Part shown: positions 56,368 to 64,000 of the stretch, in pieces | Position numbering within the stretch: the stretch's first letter is position 1 | How the letters are laid out: every line of letters begins with the position of its first letter | Assembly: GCA_050084515.1 (NCBI GenBank) | Contig: CM114271.1 | Coordinates: 18,972,001 to 19,036,000, forward strand | DNA from: Blasia pusilla | Taxonomy: Eukaryota | Length of the DNA: 64,000 nt | Reading direction: 5' to 3' | Made by a program: the position numbers and the translations under genes | Notes under the pieces: generated by a model | Database searches by the model: none | What the model saw: only the letters and a program-made list of their open reading frames with translations | What the model was told of the DNA's origin: nothing

Positions 56368-57079
56368 GTTCCTTCCACTTTGGATTTTACTCAAATAACC
56401 CCCTGCAAATTGGGATATGCCCTCCTAAATCTGCTCCAACTTGCACTTTTTGCTGACATATCCCTCAACAGGTGGGTCAACTTCACCCTAAAATAAATTT
56501 CGACCGCTTGCACCTGCAAGGGACAAGCCCACTTGGCTAATCCACTAACATAAGAAATATTTTTCTTTTCTATCTTAAGTAAAAATTTTTACCAATAAAT
56601 TTGAGAACTACTCCTTCCTCACGTGGTGGCTATAATAGCCCAACGAAAACCGGCGTAACTTCACGCTGAGATGATGAAATTATGCACTATTTCTTCGAGT
56701 TTTTCGATCTTCAAAAAATCAAATTGATTTCTTTATTTGACCTTCCAATAAAAATTGATGGCGACTGTCGTGCAGCTCATGGTCTCTTTCTCCTACAAAA
56801 ATTTTGGATTTCTCCCAATGAAAATTGAAAACCTGTGACAAAAAAAACCAGAGAGCTACATGGTACTCCTGCGAACAACAACATGGAGCAACCTATACCC
56901 ATACTCAATTTCTAATGAAAATTGGGCAGCGCTTCCGCGTGCCACTCTCCCACATGAAAAATCGACAAAACACAATGTACAAGCAAGTAGCCCTTGCTCC
57001 GGTGAGCCTTCCCATCAGCCGTTGAATGGGAAACACGGTCCCTAACCTGCACCAGCAACGAGCAAGCTCCTTAATTGAA

Positions 57080-57147
57080 GTTCTATCACTCCTTCATTCT
57101 CTCTTTGTAAATCGATCAAATCTCTCCCTCACAACACAATGTCTCAC

Positions 57148-57198
<51 letters not shown>

Positions 57199-57648
57199 AA
57201 ACCAAATCCATTCTCCTAATGAGAGGCTTGGGTTACACACACAAGGCAAGGAGGACCATAGTTCCGCCGCCTCATGCCAAGAGGTTCAACAAAGAGAGAA
57301 TAAGCTCTCAAGCTCTCTCTCTTGGAGGTATACCCCCTTTCCTCTCCCAAGCCCTCTCCACGGTAACCTATGCTTGCAAGTCACCTCCTTGGCTCTTGAC
57401 CTGCTATATCCGGTCAAGAAACACTTCTCAAAGTGGAAAGTCAACCATACTACAAATGGAAACTTACCCAAAATAGTAAGTTTCTTTATATGGCTCCAAA
57501 TAAGCCGAAACAAAGGGGAAACCTGATCTCTCATATTACCCGTGGCCTCAGCAGGTCATCCTTGACCTCATAAGGTTGTCCTCCACTATCTCTAAAGGCA
57601 CTCTACTAGATCTCGTTGATCTATCCTAACAAACGTGACAAGTGCATC
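57080..57648. repeat. LTR-like dispersed repeat with (TC)21 at 57154-57195
   Basis: Homologous to 51140-51598 and 16690-17190; may extend left towards 56368. Confidence 0.7.
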
Positions 57649-58368
57649 ATTAATCCGTTTGGAAAGTTCTTCTTCTTTTCCCACAAAGCTACAAACTTTA
57701 TCATCTCCTAGATAAACTTTCCCCAAGTCTTCATGACTTCAGGACATGCAATATGGACTCCATAGATACAACAAAGAGATTTGAATGTGATCTTCATACA
57801 AATCCTAGCCACTCTTACTCAAGACTCAATACTTAAGTATAATTGGATTGTATCACACATCCTAACTTATGATATCTAAAAGATGAGATCTATCCTCTTC
57901 AACTTCATCAAGCGTATCATGGCTATCATGGCTGCCTCGTGACAACTCCATGGTAATCTATGTGCATAGGTTCAAGTTTGCATGTGGACAAAGTCCATGT
58001 CCGCAAACTCATGTCTCTCCATAAGACGAATTTGTCTATCTGAGAAATTTGTTTTTCTTGCATTATCCCCTCGTGTTGGCCTTTGGCCCCCTGTCCTGTC
58101 GCGATCCTTATAGCCAAATGAGCGTCTATGCAGAACATCAAAACTCATGTAGGCTCACACTAGGATGGAAGCTCATCGGAGAAGTTCCTTGAAGGAGACA
58201 TGGGATGTGAGACACGAGTAAGGATAGGCGTTTCAAGTGATGAGGGTCGGGACCCACTTAAACAAGATCAAATGCGAAGCAAGATTTGAGAGGAGCTCAA
58301 GTTCCATAGAGTTGGATTCCAAGAGGATTTGGAACGTGATTAGGGTTTGACAATTTTGCGGTGTTTAA

Positions 58369-58492
58369 GGTCATAACAAACACATTTAATATGCTTTTGG
58401 GATAAATAAGATAGCGTTGCAAAGCTTATGGTCATAACAAACAGATCCAATATGAGTTTGGGATAAATAAGATAGCGTTTCAGAGCTTATGG
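58369..58492. repeat. 61-bp tandem duplication in probable retroelement non-coding DNA
   Basis: ggtcataacaaaca...tgggataaataagatagcgtt...agcttat at 58369 and 58430. Confidence 0.85.
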
Positions 58493-60616
58493 AAAGAAGA
58501 TTCCAATGCACCAAAGATCCAGACAAACGAATGAAGACAAATAAAAAAACTTCCCCTTAACTATCAGAGTGGTAGTTGGATTGAGGGCCAAAATGAGTGG
58601 CCCAAGAGGACTTTCCTAAAGGCAGGGAGGGGTGGAGATCTCTAGAACTATATAGAAGAGGAAGGGTCTCAAAGGGCTACTTGAGACTTGAACTCTAGCT
58701 TGGAGCGTCGTAGGGCGAACCAAGGACATAGAATGGATCGGGAGGTTGGCTTCGGGGTTGTGGACACCAAACCAAGTCCGAGAGGGGGTGAATTTTAGAT
58801 GTTCACTTTGGACCTCAACCCGTGAGTCAATTCTTGGGTCTCGATTAGTGTCTCATTCTAGATTCATTGGACAATTGGAACCACCGGGTACGCAAGCGCC
58901 TTTTTAGGTTCATGGACTATCTAGGAAGTTCATTTATGAAAAACCTAGATTCAGTTAGCTATCCATATGCAACCTTGTTTTCAACCCACCTCACTTTTTC
59001 ACCTACCTTATGCTTCCCTTTTGCCCCACCGCCCTTCTAGTCCCTCTTCCACCTTACCTCCATGCATGATGCATACCTAAAACACCACTTCAAACCGGCC
59101 ATAATGCTATTCCCTACCTCACCCGCTAGCCGCTAATGCTTTTGAGATTCTTCTTAGTACTCTTCCTCACCAAAGTTTATTTATTAACTAGTTTTTTTAA
59201 TGAGGTGGTCTTACCTCCCACAAGACTCATCTTTAAAATTTTCATGTAAGTCATCAAAGTGACCACTTTGTCATACCCTTTTGTGGTACACCCACGTGCG
59301 CTCCTCATCATTCCAACAAAACCAGTTAATAAATAAATATGTCACCGAGCTAAGTCTCGTGATGTAAGAAAACCAAACAAAAGTATTCGAAGAAAACATC
59401 ATTCGTAACTCAATGCACTACTAATAGTTCGTTTTTCTTACGTGAAGAAAGTGGTCCAAATGTTATCGCTTCATTGCTCATCGCACTAAGAAAGGATTTA
59501 TAGTCTTCAGTAAACTATCCAGGAAAGCCATCCAAGATATTATCGAGAGAGAGAGACAGAGATGCCTCAGTAGTGAAAGTCTCTAAGGCAGATCGCTGGC
59601 GTTATGGAGCTCTTGCGGGATGTCGATATGGCAATCTCAAGTCTGTGGCGGCGACTTGACTTTCACCGCCTTTGTTCCAGATTCCATGGAGATATGGTTG
59701 TATGGAATGTGCGTCCTCGCTCGAAACGTGTGCAACCTCGTTTTTCGATTGAGTGTCTGTCGATTTAGGTTTAAGCGCTTGAGCGGAATCGGACATTATA
59801 CATGATCTCACAGCTCGAGAACTGTAGATGTAACAGGGAAATATGACTTGATATGTGAAGTTGCGAGATGAATCTTCAAATCTGGAAGAATTTGGAAAGA
59901 AAGAAAAGATAGTGGCACTGTTACTTTGTCACTTCTAAAGTTCTTGCAGTACATGGTACATAGCAGGAAATAATAGCTGTATGGAAGGAAATTCAATCGA
60001 CGAAAAGCAGGAAGGATCACCGATCACGGCGACTCGACAGATAGAGGAGGAGAGATGAATGCAGCAAGAAGCTCGACAGAGTGACAGCTGCGTACATTTC
60101 GACCTCTCGAAAAACGATGCTGTACAGTTGGTGCTTCGATTACAATCGCGTTTATCTCATTCCTATCACTGAGCTCAGTTATCATGAAGTTTCTATCGGA
60201 CAGAGCGGTCATATATTCAACGCTATCCAAATTGTTGTTGCAATGAGAGAGTGTCCCGGCTTTCTAAACTTGGCTACTACAATTACCTCAACATCCGCTT
60301 CCCGACCAGACCGTAAATAAAGGTCACTAGATCACAGTTCGCCAATGCCTGTAGCATTTGGAGTCCCTTGTTGCGCCGCAGAACAAGTAATGTATCTCCT
60401 GCAGTTTTCCTCGCACCGACCTGATTGCTCAAACCTGGACTACTGTAGTTGTGTGCTCTAAACATCATCCTCAGGACTATCTGCCGGGATTACTCACCAG
60501 ACCGAAGCACGCTCGATAGTCCGCAAGAGCACTGATATTTCGAGATAATCGCACATGCTCCGGCGGATCCACGGGTGTGCAGTAGTAGCTCAGTTTCCGC
60601 CTTCGAACGAGGGGAC

Positions 60617-60619
<3 letters not shown>

Positions 60620-60648
<29 letters not shown>
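60620..60648. repeat. (TA)n microsatellite
   Basis: Seen directly. Confidence 0.95.
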
Positions 60649-60651
<3 letters not shown>

Positions 60652-63360
60652 TATGAGTCAGCGTTCTTCATTAGGATTCGCGTCGCGCATCTCGGAGCCC
60701 TCTCTCTCGCGAGGTTCGGATAGCGTTTGTTGGAGTATGATATTCCGTGGGACCCCAGATGCACTACTGATCTCGAACCATCGATCCGTTCTTTCCGTGA
60801 TCTCGGAGGAGATGGGACGAGTTTCGGAGCACAAACGTGACCCGCGCGCCGAGATATCGGCCTAGTGCAGAGCGATGGAGGTGGAAACTTGCCTCGAACG
60901 ATTCGCGCGCGTTACTCATGGCCGAATTCAATCCCAAGCACTATTTGATTTCGGATTGAGTCGCGTTTCTAGTCCATGGGAGCTCCATGTCCTTCGGGCA
61001 CCTCTCACGACCAAGACGAACGCTAGCACCGCCCGTAGTCCGACATCGACTCGATGAAGGCGACAACTTCTCGAAACCGAGAGAGGGGGCAGTGCCTCCT
61101 CTCTCGGTTTCGTTCAGTCGCGTGACTCAAGCCTTAACGCGAGAGGATAAGATGATGGTGCACGTCGGGAGATGCAGCGGCATAAATTGTGGTGTCCGAC
61201 CTTGTGGTCATGAGGAGACGAAACTGAATCATCGGGTCGCTCTGCACGTCTCCAGAGTCCCCGAAATCGCGTCATTCGACTGTGCAACGGCAGTTCCGCT
61301 CCCTTTGAAGAAAATCAGTCAATGAATTATTCTAAAATCGCAGCGCACTATCTCCAATGCCGAAAGCCGAAGTGTAGAGATGCCTAAAGATTTCCAAATC
61401 AGCAAATATGATGATTCGGACTCTGCTTAGCAGACGGAGAGTGGGATTGAAGCATACGGCACGAGATTAGTTGTCTGGCGCGAGGGTTCATGAGCACACG
61501 GCTCGAGCTTGAAAGCGAAATCACCAAAAGGGAACAGATAGGTTCATTTGCACACAGCTCAAGCTCGAAACCGAGCAGGAGGAGAACATGGAGCTATCCC
61601 TGCGAAATCAGTCGTACATCGTAGAATGTCACGATCCACTACTGAAGCACCATTTCTTTCATGCGCAGAGATCCTCAATACCGAGATCGATCCACGATAG
61701 TACATGTTTAATAGATACTGATCGTAATGATCGTTTATTGCATAGAACAACATCCCTCAATATATGCCCAGCGAGACGGATCGACGCAAGTGCTACAAAG
61801 TGCATGCAGTTTTCATCTATCCATTCGTCGGGTGGCGTTCTCGATCGCGTCACCTCCTTCTCGTTCTGCACGATCGGCACTAACTGTCCGAATAGTTAAA
61901 CACATGAGGGACGTCAACGTCCAGTAAAACTCCATGCCTCTCGCCCGAATCGGGCGCCGGCAACTGAAGACTCGTAGTTGGTCTGTCGATTGCGAAGCAG
62001 CGAGTGTCTCTGAAGGTTTCAGCTCCATCCGCGATACCTCATATCGATAGTAGTAATTATCTGCCCGATAAATAATCGTGCGTGTATGACGAGCGTCATG
62101 ATCGCATCCTCTCATCTCCTGGGAACCCAGGAGAAGCGGCCTCTTATTCAAATCTGCACTCTTGATCGTCGTCCAAAGCTGCGGAAGGCCTCGTCTCTTG
62201 CACCTCCATCGGCTAATTACGATCAACTGAACTCATGGTTTTTATTCTTACAATTCTGACGGGAATCGGACCTGCCTTCTTCAAAAATGGTGATTAGTTT
62301 CATGCAATTTGCAGTGGTATATCTTCGAGAGCAGCGTTAGCAGATGGCTGGCTATATCTATATGTATGTGTAAATAGTTATGGCGCTGCATCGCTATTAG
62401 CTCTCATGAAGATGAACTGCGGTCCTAACTAGTTCGTATAGAGCTGACGGCGGTCGATGGGAATCATACATACCTTCTTGAAAAAGGAAGGTAAGTTAAA
62501 CATGCAGTTCTGATGTTTGAGGGCTGCGGGTGGCTATGAATCTCGCACCTCCGTCAGCTGGCCTGGATCAGCAGCAGCTGCGTTTGGAAGTCGTCCTCGA
62601 AGTCGCCGGAAAGTCCTAAGGCTCGGGTCCCCGCCAAAAGCGGAACTACCTACCTCCTGCACAAGCATCTCGAAACCGGGCGCAGTATGGATCTTTCAAA
62701 GTGATGGGTGGCTGCATCGCAAGCTCGCACCTCGATCAGCTATTCGTGATCACCTGCGCTATACCTACCTGCCTACAAGAAACATTATACTTTCGTGTAC
62801 CGCACGCACAGATGGTGGAATTCTAGAAAATGGGGCGCAGACTCTGACAGAGTATACACACATGTACACGCCTCCTATGGTCTAGTTTTCTGAAACCGCA
62901 TCAATTTGGTCAAGTAGTACTACTTACGGGCGGGGTCCGAGCAAAGCTCGCAACCGTGGGCCCTAATATTACGTTTGATGGACCGACAGAATTCTCGTGG
63001 GGCAGCGGGTGGCTATTGCGTGCACCTCGGCCGCTCCTATGTCCGGTCTCCTACAACTATACGTATTTTAATGACTAAGAATTCATCCTCACTAGGGCTC
63101 CGAATCCGAGGTTTGAAGGAGGAGCGCACAGCGAGCTTGCAATCGGGAAGCTGGTGGGCGCCGAGTTCACATGTATGGCACACGCCTCAACCTCTTCTTC
63201 CGGGGACTGCAAAATGCAACCTTGCGAGTGCTTCGGTTCAGACTTACTCCAGACGATTCTGTACAAAAAGGAGCTGCTCGATCGACGTGAAGATCGTTGT
63301 AACCGACCCCGCGCAGGTGTTCGATCGGCGAATGGAATCGAGGGCTCGTGGCGATCCGTC

Positions 63361-64000
63361 TCACCAGAAATTCGAGTCCGATTCATAAGTCTGTCCGAAG
63401 TACCAGTCCGGTGGAGTCAAGTTGTTGACGACTTTAACGTACCCGTTGCTCAAAGTGACTATGAATGACAGCTTCTGGTTGGTGAGTTTCACAGGGCACT
63501 CCCAGAACTGCCCCCAGTTCCGCCTCATCGTGTACCAAACGGTTTTGTCTCCCCTCATTTTCATGCCTTTCACGTCTCCGGCTCCCCCCACGTTGAAAAT
63601 CAGCACGAGGTTGAACCAAGGGTTTCCACTCAGAAAGAATTTGATCCCTCCTACCCTCTCGCACGGTACCCTGTTCAAAACACATGCGTCGAGACACAGA
63701 TTTAGATCACACACAATCCTCTCAGTCAGTTCGAGCGAGCGCTAACGATCCAGGACCTCGCCGTGCTTTCATGCCAGAAGCTGCTCTCCTCGCATTCGTG
63801 ACCTTGGGTCTACGCTCTAAATCGAAACTCGACACGGACTGGCGTGATTCCTTCCAGATAGGACACTGACGGTTCTACCAGGTACATTCAATGCAATCGT
63901 GTGGGACTGACACTGGCGAGATTCGAGTACCTCCGGTAGTTGACGGGGATGATCCCGGCGACAGACTGGGCCATCTTCGCGAACATGACGAGCGGCAAAT
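63361..64000 (-). CDS. EXPA: Alpha-expansin, 3' part (exons 63931->64000 and 63361-63670; intron 63671-63930)
   Basis: DLPLVMFAKMAQSVAGIIPVNYR|RVPCERVGGIKFFLSGNPWFNLVLIFNVGGAGDV...WYTMRRNWGQFW...LSFIVT....WYFGQTY. GT-AG intron at the position conserved in expansins. Confidence 0.95.

Noticed and set aside
51140-57648. Single LTR element bounded by the two similar repeats at ~51.1-51.6 kb and ~57.1-57.6 kb
   Set aside because: The interior is a patchwork of two unrelated elements, and no PBS, PPT or TSD fits these repeats as a pair.

Overview
Eukaryotic, land-plant-type DNA. A non-seed plant (bryophyte, lycophyte or fern) is my inference from the transposon repertoire; it is not proven. The window is mostly nested, decayed transposons around two host genes: a complete 5-exon HVA22-like gene (+, 35764-38895) and the 3' part of an alpha-expansin (-, 63361-64000, running off the window). 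Mobile elements read from the sequence: a full-length Ty1/copia element with LTRs, PBS, PPT and 5-bp TSD (9478-14302); a 5'-truncated sister copy (~53605-56367); a hAT DNA transposon with an 8-bp TSD (18694-23617); a CACTA/En-Spm transposase (49380-51062); four copies of a restriction-like-endonuclease (CRE-like) non-LTR retrotransposon; a second LINE family tied to (AG)n microsatellites; mini-Helitrons; and other LTR remnants. The main result is an LTR retrotransposon family, present twice (- strand 8356-~15400, split by the copia insertion; + strand ~51600-53597), whose polyprotein runs gag-like region, aspartic protease, then a DNA cytosine-5 methyltransferase domain. Motifs I, II and IV of that domain are still readable although it is pseudogenised. 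All calls come from manual reading and translation; no database searches were run.
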